From Leptospiraceae bacterium (GTDB lineage: Bacteria > Spirochaetota > Leptospiria > Leptospirales > Leptonemataceae), in the NCBI GenBank assembly GCA_040217195.1, contig JAVJNR010000005.1, positions 416,001-480,000 of the forward strand: a stretch of 64,000 nt of DNA, given 5' to 3'. Both the position numbers and the translations under genes were made by a program. A model generated the notes under the pieces. The model was given only the letters and a program-made list of their open reading frames with translations, was not told where the DNA came from and made no database searches. Each line of letters opens with the position of its first letter. Positions within the stretch are counted from its first letter, which is position 1. Below, piece by piece: positions 8,699 through 18,023 of the stretch.

Positions 8699-10399
8699 CT
8701 AGGCCACCGGTTCGGCATGCTTGCCTTCTCGGTAGCCTATCTCATGCACATCCAGCTGATGCGTCACCCACTGAAAAAGTTCCTGACCGGTAATCTGTCC
8801 GGGAATCAATACATGGGCAGCACCCATTTCCTTAAGATTCTGAAAATCGTCCGGCTCATCGGCCACCATCACATGGTTGGCCCCTGGATTGATTTCCCGC
8901 AGTCGGGAAAGCAATCTTCGCGTAGTAGTTCCCTTGAGAAATACATCGGAAACCGTAACCAGCATGAGTCGTGCCTCATGGATTCCCAGATGTGTCAGGC
9001 TATCCGGATTGGCTAGATCCCCATACACCCATTTGAATCCACGATTCTCCAGGTCCTTCTGGAAGGCAGGGTTGAAGTCCACCACCATCACACGGGAAAC
9101 CAGTTCAGGGCAGTAACTCTCCAGGCGCTCAAGAAAGGCTCTACCAATGCGATAATACCCCAGAACTACAATGTCCCTGCCAGAGCCGTGTCCACCTCCA
9201 GCATCTGCCGAGGCGGCGGTCTTCTCCTTCATTCCCAGAACACCGAAAAATTTGCCCAGTGCACGGGCTATTGTATCGTTGTAGCGAATGGCATACGTTG
9301 ATATCAGAGATGCAAGGAGCATGGCCGTAAGAACAAAAGCCTGCACATCGTCACTGATATGTGCGAATCCCATTCCAAGAGCAAATATCACGAGGGAGAA
9401 TTCGCTTACCTGGGAAAGATTTACTGCAGTAACCAGGCCATTTCGCAGCCCCAGACCGGAAAAGAAAGCCGTGGGCGCGATTGTCAGAATTCTACTCAGG
9501 AATACTACACCAATAAAGGCCAGAGCCATTCCAACTGTGCCCAGTTCTGGCACCGGCACTTTCATACCCAGGGCCACGAAAAACAGAGTCACAAAAAAGT
9601 CTCGAATACCGGCCAGTTTGGTAATTACGTCGTTTGCATAGGGATAGGCTGCAATGGTAACCCCTGCGATCAAAGATCCCATTTCTATCGAAAGACCTGC
9701 AAAGCTGGCCAGAGCACAGACGGAAAAGCACCAGGCCATGGCTGTGATAAGCACAAGTTCCGGGTTCCGGCTGGCCAGATGAAATATATGCTTCAATACA
9801 AAGCGTGAAACCAGTGCAGCCACTACCACCAGCATTACGGCTCCGCCAAGACTCTTCAGAATGACTGTGGCCTCTGGATTGCTTAAGGAAGGCTGCAGCC
9901 CCATAAACAGAATGGCCCAGAGATCTTGAAGAATTAGAACACCGATGGTAAGTTTACCGGCTGCCGTTTCGATTTCCAGTTTATCATATAGAAGCTTAAC
10001 AACGATTAATGTGGAAGAAAGGGAGCCTGCGATAGCCAGATAGAGCAAATCAAACGGTCCGTCGCCTGCCAGTCCCATGTAATGAAAGGCAGCCATGCCA
10101 ATTCCAATACATCCTCCGAACTGAATGACGCCCAGAATAAAGAGCCTGGGCCCCAGGCCGGCCAGCTCCGGCAAACGAATCTCAAGTCCAATAATGAACA
10201 GAAGCATTACAAGACCCATCTCGGAGATTATCTCAATGCTTTCTTCGCTGTGGACCAGGCCAAAGCCTATGTTGGGTCCAAGAAGAATTCCGCCAGCAAT
10301 GTAGCCAAGTAGCAATGGCTGTCTTACAAGCCGGGCCACATGAGCCAGAACTGCGGCAAAAATGATAGCAAGTCCAATTTCAGGGATTAAATGATGCAC
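8699..10399 (-). CDS. CPA2 cation:proton antiporter (KefB/C-like) with C-terminal TrkA-N/RCK domain
   Basis: About 12 TM helices, LLFIIGLE, SLSST, ILQD, FFVALG, SQVSEFS, and C-terminal VYGD. Confidence 0.92.
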   Translation of the reverse strand: MHHLIPEIGLAIIFAAVLAHVARLVRQPLLLGYIAGGILLGPNIGFGLVHSEESIEIISEMGLVMLLFIIGLEIRLPELAGLGPRLFILGVIQFGGCIGIGMAAFHYMGLAGDGPFDLLYLAIAGSLSSTLIVVKLLYDKLEIETAAGKLTIGVLILQDLWAILFMGLQPSLSNPEATVILKSLGGAVMLVVVAALVSRFVLKHIFHLASRNPELVLITAMAWCFSVCALASFAGLSIEMGSLIAGVTIAAYPYANDVITKLAGIRDFFVTLFFVALGMKVPVPELGTVGMALAFIGVVFLSRILTIAPTAFFSGLGLRNGLVTAVNLSQVSEFSLVIFALGMGFAHISDDVQAFVLTAMLLASLISTYAIRYNDTIARALGKFFGVLGMKEKTAASADAGGGHGSGRDIVVLGYYRIGRAFLERLESYCPELVSRVMVVDFNPAFQKDLENRGFKWVYGDLANPDSLTHLGIHEARLMLVTVSDVFLKGTTTRRLLSRLREINPGANHVMVADEPDDFQNLKEMGAAHVLIPGQITGQELFQWVTHQLDVHEIGYREGKHAEPVA

Positions 10400-10526
10400 G
10401 GTTCCATCCTACTTTATTGTATTTCGGCGCCCGGGGGCCCGGTGGTTGCGCCACTTTATTTCGCAGCCTCAACCTGTGCAGAATCCATTATCCTTAAACA
10501 TGCTCACGGAGAGATCTCCGTTAGCT

Positions 10527-11108
10527 TTACTTCAAGAAAGTCTGTTTATAAAGATCAATGGATTCAAAAATAATGCGTTCTGCGTCCTGTCTGCCGTTGA
10601 ATTTCTCAACGGTAACTTTACGATTCTCTTTTTCCAATTTCTTGTAATCCAAAAAGAAGCGCTCCAGTTCCTTCAGTCGATGGGGAGCCAGTTCTTCCAG
10701 TTCATTGTAATGATTGTATTCCGGATCGTTCAAATGAACGGCGATAATCTTATCGTCCCTTTCCTGGTTATCCACCATGGTCATTACACCAATGGCTCTG
10801 CATTTCATAATAGTTCTAGGAAATACACTTTCCTGGCCCAGAATCAAAACATCCAGGGGGTCATTGTCATCGCAGTATGTGCGCGGTATGAATCCGTAAT
10901 TTGCAGGATAATGCACGGCAGAATGAAGTACGCGGTCCACCATGATGAATCCGCTTTCTTTGTGCATTTCGTATTTATATTTCGAGCCCTTGGGAATCTC
11001 TACAAAACTCCAGAATCCTTCCAGCGGGCCAATATCGATTAAATGCCATGCCGTTCGTTCCAGATGCTCCTGGAAGGGCCATTTTGTTATGCTTTTGGAT
11101 TCAGACAT
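10527..11108 (-). CDS. ppa: Soluble inorganic pyrophosphatase (family I)
   Basis: [24 protein letters not shown], DxDPLDVL, DDKIIAV. Confidence 0.96.
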   Translation of the reverse strand: MSESKSITKWPFQEHLERTAWHLIDIGPLEGFWSFVEIPKGSKYKYEMHKESGFIMVDRVLHSAVHYPANYGFIPRTYCDDNDPLDVLILGQESVFPRTIMKCRAIGVMTMVDNQERDDKIIAVHLNDPEYNHYNELEELAPHRLKELERFFLDYKKLEKENRKVTVEKFNGRQDAERIIFESIDLYKQTFLK

Positions 11109-11194
11109 GAACGGATCTTAAGCGACCCCATCCGGGGGTCATTCGATTTTTTGACGTCAGTATGCAACAGTGCCTCTGTCCAATGTCTACAGCC

Positions 11195-12124
11195 TTACAC
11201 CGGCTCAGCGTTTCGAATCGCCTCTTCGATTTCTTTGAGCTGAGTAGAAATACGTGCATCGATGGAGCCCACATCTGTTTCGATAATACATCCACCGCGA
11301 TCTACTCTGGAATCTTCGTAAATGTTTACTTTTCTCAGGGATTCCATCATCTTAATAAGTTCATCTTTGTGTGCAGTGGTTAGTTCCAGGTCCGAGAAGT
11401 TCACTCGAATATTCACTCGGTCCCGGTCTTTGATTCTACGTAGCGCTTCTCGGATGTTGTTCAAAACGACTTCCTTACGTTCTACAACCTCATCTTTGAT
11501 TACCTTGCGAGCAATCATCAGAATCATATCCACCATCTGTTTTTCTGAGGCGGCGATAATATCTTCTCGAACGTCAATGGCCTGGCCAACAATCGTTCCC
11601 AGTCGGTCGATTAATCGTCGAACCTCGCTCTGACCTTTTTTGAAACCTACTTCCCGGCCCGCATCATAGCCCTTCTGATAGGCCTCGTGTTCGATTTCGG
11701 CCACGCGCATCTCAGCCTCTTTGATCATCCGCTCTACTTCAATCTTGGCTCTTTCAACGATCTGCTCAGCATTTACGCGAGCTGCCTCTTCTTCGCGCTT
11801 GGCCTTTTCTTTGGATTCTTGAATCAAGTTAAAGGCTACAGCCTTGCCTTCTTCTTCAATGTTCTTGGCTTTGTCGTGGGCATCCTCCAGACTCTGCCGA
11901 ATCTCCTCTTCGGTTTCCTTTCTGTACCGTTCCAGCTCCGCCTCGATCTCTTCGATGGTCGGGCCATGGTACTGCTCGATTACATTACCTTCTGCATCTA
12001 CCTCGTATTCATCCACATCCTCAATGCCCTGGAATTTCTTATACCGGTCGGGCAGTTCAATGGAAACGGAGTCCTGAAGTAGAGCGATTTGCTCCGGTTT
12101 GAATACAAGCTTGTTTGAGGCCAT
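11195..12124 (-). CDS. fliH: Flagellar export ATPase regulator FliH
   Basis: Coiled coil, AxxxGxxxGxxxG repeat (AYQKGYDAGREVGFKKG), C-terminal GGCIIETDVGSIDARI. Confidence 0.93.
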   Translation of the reverse strand: MASNKLVFKPEQIALLQDSVSIELPDRYKKFQGIEDVDEYEVDAEGNVIEQYHGPTIEEIEAELERYRKETEEEIRQSLEDAHDKAKNIEEEGKAVAFNLIQESKEKAKREEEAARVNAEQIVERAKIEVERMIKEAEMRVAEIEHEAYQKGYDAGREVGFKKGQSEVRRLIDRLGTIVGQAIDVREDIIAASEKQMVDMILMIARKVIKDEVVERKEVVLNNIREALRRIKDRDRVNIRVNFSDLELTTAHKDELIKMMESLRKVNIYEDSRVDRGGCIIETDVGSIDARISTQLKEIEEAIRNAEPV

Positions 12125-12512
12125 AGTCTTCTGCTTTCTATATCGGCAAGTTCTGCAGTACAGAAAAAAACGGAATTCCGGGCTTTCAGGCAGATTTTTT
12201 CCGAGTAAGCGGTCCCGAATTCTATTCTAGCCCGATTTCGGCTCCGCTGAAATCTTCTCTCCGGTAATTCCGGGCGCTACCAGAGGTTCATTTCCGTTTT
12301 TGCCCTGGCTTCCTTGCCACGCTCATTCTGCCCAGAATAGAGATTGGAAACCGTTTTTCGGAGAAGCGGAACCCGGGTTGGTCGAGATCGGCCATCTGGT
12401 TTTTGTCAGGGGACTTGCCCGACCGCAACCTCTTTGCCCGGAGGACCACAGGAAACCTTCTCTAGACTCCAATGTTGATTGGCACTGTACAGGCTTTACG
12501 CGGAATGTCATT

Positions 12513-13307
12513 ATGCCATCCGAGCTTCTCCAGGAAGATCAACCCCTGCCTCAGGGCGGTACCATCCGAGTCTGGACCCTGAATCGACCGGAACAAAGAA
12601 ATGCAATAAGCCAGAATCTTCTGGCTGAAATGGAAGGCGCACTGAGCGGCCTCAATCCGGACCAGGGAATTAGAGGACTGATTATCCAGGGCTCCGGTCC
12701 TGCATTCTGTGCTGGTGCAGATCTGAAAGAAAGAGCATCCATGAGTCGGGAAGATGTAGATTCCTTTCTAAACCGAATGGGACGCCTGTTCCGTCAGATC
12801 GAAACCCTGAGCGTGCCCACAGTGGCAGCCATCAATGGTTTCTGCTTCGGAGGAGGCCTGGAGATGGCCCTATGCGCCGATTTCCGCATGGCCACCAGAG
12901 ATGCCATAATGGGACTGACGGAAGTCTCTCTGGGAATCATTCCTGGCGCCGGTGGAACGCAAAGACTACCCAGAATTGTAGGCAGGGCTATTGCCACCGA
13001 AATGATACTTTCCGCGGAACGCATCTCAGCAGAAACAGCACTCAGTCAGAGATTGATTCGAGAAATTGCAGACGATGCAGACGATCTTAAGCGCGCCGCC
13101 TCGCAATGGATGCAGAAGGTATGCGAGAATGCTCCTCTAAGCATTGTGCTGGCAAGACAGGCCATTGAAAAGGGAATGGAGATGTCTCTGGAGGATGGAC
13201 TGAAACTGGAACGCCAGCTGTATGAACAAACCCTGGAAACCGAAGACCGACTGGAAGCATTAAAAGCATTCCAGGAGAAACGGAAGCCTAATTTTAAAGG
13301 TAGATGA
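12513..13307 (+). CDS. Enoyl-CoA hydratase/isomerase family protein
   Basis: LNRPEQRNA, FCAGADLKE, GGGLEMAL, EVSLGIIPGAGGTQRLPR. ATG at 12513 preferred. Confidence 0.93.
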   Translation: MPSELLQEDQPLPQGGTIRVWTLNRPEQRNAISQNLLAEMEGALSGLNPDQGIRGLIIQGSGPAFCAGADLKERASMSREDVDSFLNRMGRLFRQIETLSVPTVAAINGFCFGGGLEMALCADFRMATRDAIMGLTEVSLGIIPGAGGTQRLPRIVGRAIATEMILSAERISAETALSQRLIREIADDADDLKRAASQWMQKVCENAPLSIVLARQAIEKGMEMSLEDGLKLERQLYEQTLETEDRLEALKAFQEKRKPNFKGR

Positions 13308-13308
13308 A

Positions 13309-13830
13309 ATGATCTTAACAGGACCTGAAATCAAAAGACGACTGGGAAGCGATATCAAAATCGATCCCTATGAAGAAAGCCGTGTGAATCCCAATTCATA
13401 CAATCTTCGCCTTCACGATGAGCTCATGGTGTACACCGAGCCTCCGCTGGATATGAAGAAGGCAAACCCGACCGAAAAAATAATTATGCCCGAGGATGGC
13501 TATCTTCTGCAACCTGGCAGACTCTATCTGGGACGAACCCTGGAGTATACAGAAACACATAATCTGGTGCCAATGCTGGAAGGACGCTCCAGCATTGGAA
13601 GGCTGGGAATGTTTGTGCATGTTACGGCTGGTTTCGGAGACGTGGGCTTCTGTGGATTCTGGACTCTGGAAATCAGTACCATTCATCCAATCCGAATCTA
13701 TCCGGGCATTGGAATTTGCCAGATCTTCTATCATACGATTGAAGGAGATATAAAAGAGTACGATTCCGGAAAGTATCAGAAGAATAAGGGAATCCAGCCT
13801 AGCTTGCTTTACAGGGAGTTCGAAAAATAG
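13309..13830 (+). CDS. dcd: dCTP deaminase
   Basis: NPNSYNLRL, EGRSSIGRLG, TAGFGDVGFCG..TLE, ICQI. Confidence 0.93.
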   Translation: MILTGPEIKRRLGSDIKIDPYEESRVNPNSYNLRLHDELMVYTEPPLDMKKANPTEKIIMPEDGYLLQPGRLYLGRTLEYTETHNLVPMLEGRSSIGRLGMFVHVTAGFGDVGFCGFWTLEISTIHPIRIYPGIGICQIFYHTIEGDIKEYDSGKYQKNKGIQPSLLYREFEK

Positions 13831-13869
13831 GTCTCTTGACATCCATCAGGCCGATACACGAGTATTACC

Positions 13870-14280
13870 ATGCCCCGCAGGATCTTTCGCCGAACCTTTA
13901 ACATTTATATATTCTGGATTGCATTGCCTTTTATTCTGGCTGGCGGTCTACTGGCTGCCTACCCCACACCGGTGATGCCCTACGTACTGGATGTTCCCAT
14001 CGAGGAGCTAACACCGGTGTTCTTTCTTGCAGTTCGGGTCCTGGGGGCCACTCTGTTCTATTGCGGCATCACTCTGTTTGTGATGCGCCGGGAACCCACA
14101 AGGCTCATCGATCTGGCCTTCTGGCAGGGCATATTATGTCTGACCCTGGCCGGTTTTTCCGGTGTTAGCCCATTCTGGTTCAAAACCAGCTACTGGGTCT
14201 GGATAGGTACCGGTTATCTTCTAATTGCCGGTTTTTTTCTACTTACCTTTTCTACGAGAAACCTTCTGGTTAGAGAATAG
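13870..14280 (+). CDS. Hypothetical 4-TM membrane protein
   Basis: 136-aa hydrophobic ORF that fills the gap between dcd and cysE. Confidence 0.75.
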   Translation: MPRRIFRRTFNIYIFWIALPFILAGGLLAAYPTPVMPYVLDVPIEELTPVFFLAVRVLGATLFYCGITLFVMRREPTRLIDLAFWQGILCLTLAGFSGVSPFWFKTSYWVWIGTGYLLIAGFFLLTFSTRNLLVRE

Positions 14281-14291
14281 GAATCTATTGC

Positions 14292-14963
14292 ATGAAGTTT
14301 CGGATCATCGACGACGTACGGGCCATTATTCGTAATGATCCGGCCTGCAGAGGTTTACAGTTTCTGCTGTACCCTTGCTTCCATTCCATGCTCTTCCATC
14401 GATTTCTCTGCCATCCACTTTACAGAATGCATCTGTTCTTTCTGGCCCGTTTTTTCTCCCAGGTTTCCAGAATTCTCACTGGCATGGAAGTCCATCCGGG
14501 TGCCCAGATCCAGGGAGGATTCTTCTGTGACCATGGTATGGCTGTGGTCATCGGAGAGACCGCTGTAATCGGAAAGAACTGTGTAATGTATCATGGTGTG
14601 ACCCTGGGCGGCACAGGCAAGCATCAGAGAAAGAGGCATCCTTCCGTTGGCGAGGATGTGTTTATTGGCACCCACAGTACATTGCTGGGGCCCATTCACA
14701 TTGGTGATGGGGCAAAAATCGGTGCTGAAAGTGTAATCATTAATCGCGATGTGCCTGCTCACTGTACAGTGGTTGGCACTCCGGGCAAAATTGTAAAACG
14801 GGGCAACCGAAGGGTTGATCCGGCCGAACCATTGCCTCTATCTGAGTACAGGATTCGAGAGGTAGAAGAGGAGAATCGGCAAATGGCCGAGGAAGACCAG
14901 ACTGAGAGGGCCGATCGGCCGTCCAGGGATGTACCCTCTTCCGGAGTGCTGAAGAAAACTTGA
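14292..14963 (+). CDS. cysE: Serine O-acetyltransferase
   Basis: NDPAC, TGMEVHPGAQI, DHGMAVVIGETA, GVTLGGTGK...RHP, hexapeptide repeats. Confidence 0.94.
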   Translation: MKFRIIDDVRAIIRNDPACRGLQFLLYPCFHSMLFHRFLCHPLYRMHLFFLARFFSQVSRILTGMEVHPGAQIQGGFFCDHGMAVVIGETAVIGKNCVMYHGVTLGGTGKHQRKRHPSVGEDVFIGTHSTLLGPIHIGDGAKIGAESVIINRDVPAHCTVVGTPGKIVKRGNRRVDPAEPLPLSEYRIREVEEENRQMAEEDQTERADRPSRDVPSSGVLKKT

Positions 14964-14987
14964 CCCATCCCGCCCAGGCCTTATCCT
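14960..14987 (+). promoter_or_regulatory. Putative sigma70 promoter, leaderless geometry
   Basis: TTGACC-N16-TATCCT-N6-ATG(14994), with no SD. Confidence 0.5.
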
Positions 14988-14993
14988 GTAACT

Positions 14994-15689
14994 ATGCTGG
15001 ACTTCGTTAAAGGAGACTCCCAGGCCCCGACGGGCAATCTGATCGCTTTTTGCCAGGTAATTGGTAAGAATCCCTTTGAAAGCGACGGTTCCATTATTGC
15101 TATCCATGTGGTGGTGAGCAATATTTCGGCGCGGGAAAACAGTTTTCCGGTGGTGGTATTCCCCCCTGTTTCCCTGAAAAACGAGCCCGAGCTTTCCAGA
15201 GTCATTTCTTTCCAGGGGAAATGCGATGTGGTTCGTCTGGAGGATTTTAAGATCCCCTCCGAGCAGCAAGAACAGGAATATATGAATGATAGACTGGAGC
15301 AGTTCAACGATCTGGTTCGGGACTATGTGGACCTCTATCAGAGATACCATGAAAAAATCGCTCCCAGGTTAAGCGAAGAAATCAAGCTTCTAACCGGCCC
15401 TACAGTGATTCGTAGTGAACTGACGGAAGGGGAGCAGGCCACCCTGGAAAAACTACAGGAACTGCTGAAAACCGGGGCCGGGCCTGTGGATTTCACTCCG
15501 GTCATAAGACACATAGAAAAGAATTTCCCACAGTACGATATACAAAACTTCGAGAAGAATATCCATCAGGATCAGACTGAAATTGCATCTCTGTACATTA
15601 AGAAATTCTTCGCCATCCATGAAGAAAGATACGAAGCCGCAGCTCTGTTCCAGGCTCGTATCATGCAAATGGAATCCGCCCGGTCATGA
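14994..15689 (+). CDS. Hypothetical protein with a C-terminal UVR (UvrB/UvrC)-like motif
   Basis: 231-aa ORF ending AIHEERYEAAALFQARIMQM. ATGA overlap with the next gene. Confidence 0.75.
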   Translation: MLDFVKGDSQAPTGNLIAFCQVIGKNPFESDGSIIAIHVVVSNISARENSFPVVVFPPVSLKNEPELSRVISFQGKCDVVRLEDFKIPSEQQEQEYMNDRLEQFNDLVRDYVDLYQRYHEKIAPRLSEEIKLLTGPTVIRSELTEGEQATLEKLQELLKTGAGPVDFTPVIRHIEKNFPQYDIQNFEKNIHQDQTEIASLYIKKFFAIHEERYEAAALFQARIMQMESARS

Positions 15690-17248
15690 CCGAATCGGAT
15701 CATATTCGAGCCGGAAAGCGAATCTTTGGAAGTTTGATCCAGCCAGATACGCTTTCTGGACGCTATGAATCGGGTCCCTATTTTTCAAATCTAAAAGCAA
15801 CCTATCCCGGGTACGATGACAATGCCTGGCAAATTCAAGCAGGCAATACAGGATGGAATGTATCTCGCCTGGGGATGGGCACCTACAGAATGCATCGAGA
15901 AAGTCGGGAGCACTACGATGCTTTGCGCGACGCTTTGATTTCGGGCACAAATGTTATCGATACGTCTGCTAACTACATGGATGGCTCTGCCGAAAGTCTC
16001 ATAGGCGATGTATTGAGAGACTTGAAATCAGCTGGCAGGCTTCGCAGAGAAGATGTGACCATTGTTACTAAAGCAGGGTACATTCAGGGCAAGAATTCGC
16101 TGCTCTGCGCTGAAGTGGATTTTCCAGAACAGACCAGGTTTGATCGCTCACTGTCCCATTGTATCCATCCAGATTTTCTGGACAATCAGCTGGAACTGAG
16201 CCGACTTCGAATGGGCCTGGAAACAGTAGATGTGATTCTATTGCATAATCCGGAATACTTCTTGAAGAAGGCGAAACTCGAAGAGCAAACAGCGGACCAG
16301 GCACAGAAAGAGTATTACCGCAGAATTCATCAGGCATTTGACTTTCTTGAGAAAGCAAGAAGCGAAGGAAGGATTCAATATTATGGTATTTCTTCCAATA
16401 CTTTTCCTGTGTACGGACAGTATGAATCCACCGACCTGAATCGAATTGATATAAATTCCTACCCTGGATTTAAAGTGATACAGTTTCCGGCCAACTTGAT
16501 TGAGCGCGGTTTTCGTGAAGGAAATCTGTGTAGACAGGCCCGGGAAAAAGGTCTGTGGACTCTGGCCAATCGACCACTGAATGCATTTCAGAGTAAAATC
16601 GGCTTATTACGACTGGCAGGAAATGCAGGCCCGGACGATTCCGATGAAGCGATTCAAACTCTATTCAACCTGGAAGAAGAGATGCAGGAGCTAGAATTTC
16701 GCATCCAGGGCGAGCTCTCGGAAGAGAAGTTTCATTTTGATGCACGGTTTCCTGCTGCCGGAAGCGTAATCCGATATTACCTGGATCGCTTGAGAAATCC
16801 GGAGCAGGCCCATGCAGCCACATCTGCCCTATCTCCTGTTCTGCAAAAAACTGTTACTCATCTCTATGGACGGGCGGAGGTCCTGCCGGATGACAAGAAA
16901 GAGAGCCTGCATAGACTTCTGGAAAGCTACGTCCGTCGGATGAATACCGCTCTGGCCTCCCTGGAAAAAAATGTTCGAGCCCGTCATCATAGATTCGCTC
17001 GCTCTCTGGCTTCCACAATCGCAGAGAGAATACCGGACCTGGGGAATCAGGATCTGTCCCGTATTGCTCTAAAATATCTGCTGGCCAGTTCCTGCCCGGC
17101 AACAGTGCTATGCGGCATGCGTCGAATGCCCTATGTAAGACAGTTGCATACACTGTACAATGAGCCCGCCCCTTCCCGATTGAAGGATGGACTGCCGGGC
17201 CTGGAAGAGCGGGCTGTGGAGCTCTGGAGCAAGGAATTCGGTTTTTAG
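15686..17248 (+). CDS. Aldo/keto reductase family protein with a helical insertion
   Basis: VSRLGMGTY, IDTSANY.DG.AE, TKAG, LLHNPE, GRIQYYGISSN, TVLCGMR. Confidence 0.9.
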   Translation: MTESDHIRAGKRIFGSLIQPDTLSGRYESGPYFSNLKATYPGYDDNAWQIQAGNTGWNVSRLGMGTYRMHRESREHYDALRDALISGTNVIDTSANYMDGSAESLIGDVLRDLKSAGRLRREDVTIVTKAGYIQGKNSLLCAEVDFPEQTRFDRSLSHCIHPDFLDNQLELSRLRMGLETVDVILLHNPEYFLKKAKLEEQTADQAQKEYYRRIHQAFDFLEKARSEGRIQYYGISSNTFPVYGQYESTDLNRIDINSYPGFKVIQFPANLIERGFREGNLCRQAREKGLWTLANRPLNAFQSKIGLLRLAGNAGPDDSDEAIQTLFNLEEEMQELEFRIQGELSEEKFHFDARFPAAGSVIRYYLDRLRNPEQAHAATSALSPVLQKTVTHLYGRAEVLPDDKKESLHRLLESYVRRMNTALASLEKNVRARHHRFARSLASTIAERIPDLGNQDLSRIALKYLLASSCPATVLCGMRRMPYVRQLHTLYNEPAPSRLKDGLPGLEERAVELWSKEFGF

Positions 17249-17283
17249 TTGCCTACTTTCGGCTCCCAGGATTCCCTGATGGT

Positions 17284-17502
17284 ATGACAGAGCAGCAGAT
17301 GAAACTGATGAACCTCTACAATGAGGCACTGCAGCTATACAAAAATCGGCAGTGGCAGGAGGCCATAGATGGCTTCAAAAAAGCCCTGGAAGTGGATCCG
17401 ACCGATGGTCCATCCAAGCTCTATCTGGAACGTTCTGAAGAATACAAAGCCAATCCACCAGGAGATGACTGGGATGGCGTATTCGTAATGAAAACTAAAT
17501 GA
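17284..17502 (+). CDS. Small TPR protein (72 aa) resembling the C-terminal tail of class III adenylate cyclases
   Basis: YNEALQLYKNRQWQEAIDGFKKALEVDPTDGPSKLYLERSEEYKANPPGDDWDGVFVMKTK. Confidence 0.85.
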   Translation: MTEQQMKLMNLYNEALQLYKNRQWQEAIDGFKKALEVDPTDGPSKLYLERSEEYKANPPGDDWDGVFVMKTK

Positions 17503-17578
17503 TCTACCCACCGTGTTTTCGAGGTTTCTGGCAGGCCGGTAGCCTCTAAGATTCCTCTGGCACAGCATAATTAGAAAT

Positions 17579-17944
17579 ATGGCAAGAAAACCTCAGACCC
17601 AAACCATCAGTCCCGACATCGGAGACATAGCTACTGTATTTGGCAGAACAACCAGCTTTCATGGAATACTGGAATTTCAAAAACCGCTACAAATCAATGG
17701 CCGTTTTGAAGGTGAAATAATCACCGATGGAATTCTGGTAGTGGGTGAAGGCGCGGTGGTTCGTGCAAATATCAAAGCAGGAACCGTTATTGTAGGCGGC
17801 GAAATTACAGGCAATATTGAAGCCCGTACCAGACTGGAAATGATGACCACCGGAAAGGTTTACGGAAATATCCGAACTGCCAAGCTACAGATTGCTGATG
17901 GTGTAGTATTCGATGGCAACTGCGAAATGATCGAAGAGGATTGA
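17579..17944 (+). CDS. Bactofilin (polymer-forming cytoskeletal protein)
   Basis: Beta-helical repeats LQINGRFEGEI, VVGEGAVVRANI, IVGGEITGNI, IADGVVFDGNC. Confidence 0.93.
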   Translation: MARKPQTQTISPDIGDIATVFGRTTSFHGILEFQKPLQINGRFEGEIITDGILVVGEGAVVRANIKAGTVIVGGEITGNIEARTRLEMMTTGKVYGNIRTAKLQIADGVVFDGNCEMIEED

Positions 17945-18023
17945 GTTTAGCTCAATGCTTGTTCTATCCCGATAAGATCTGATACCTGGTTTTTCGTCAG
18001 GACCGACCTGCAAGTAAACAATC

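Noticed and set aside
10446..11042. 198-aa plus-strand ORF
   Set aside because: It is the antisense shadow of ppa, with no recognisable motifs.
12479..12495. sigma54-like TTGGCAC-N5-AGGCT before the enoyl-CoA hydratase, and TGGCAC before bactofilin
   Set aside because: The -12 element is poor or absent, so the match is too weak to call.
13309..13830. dcd, together with dut at 36967, as phage-derived or antiphage nucleotide-depletion genes
   Set aside because: Both are ordinary trimeric-fold housekeeping enzymes in core operons, with no phage or defence context.
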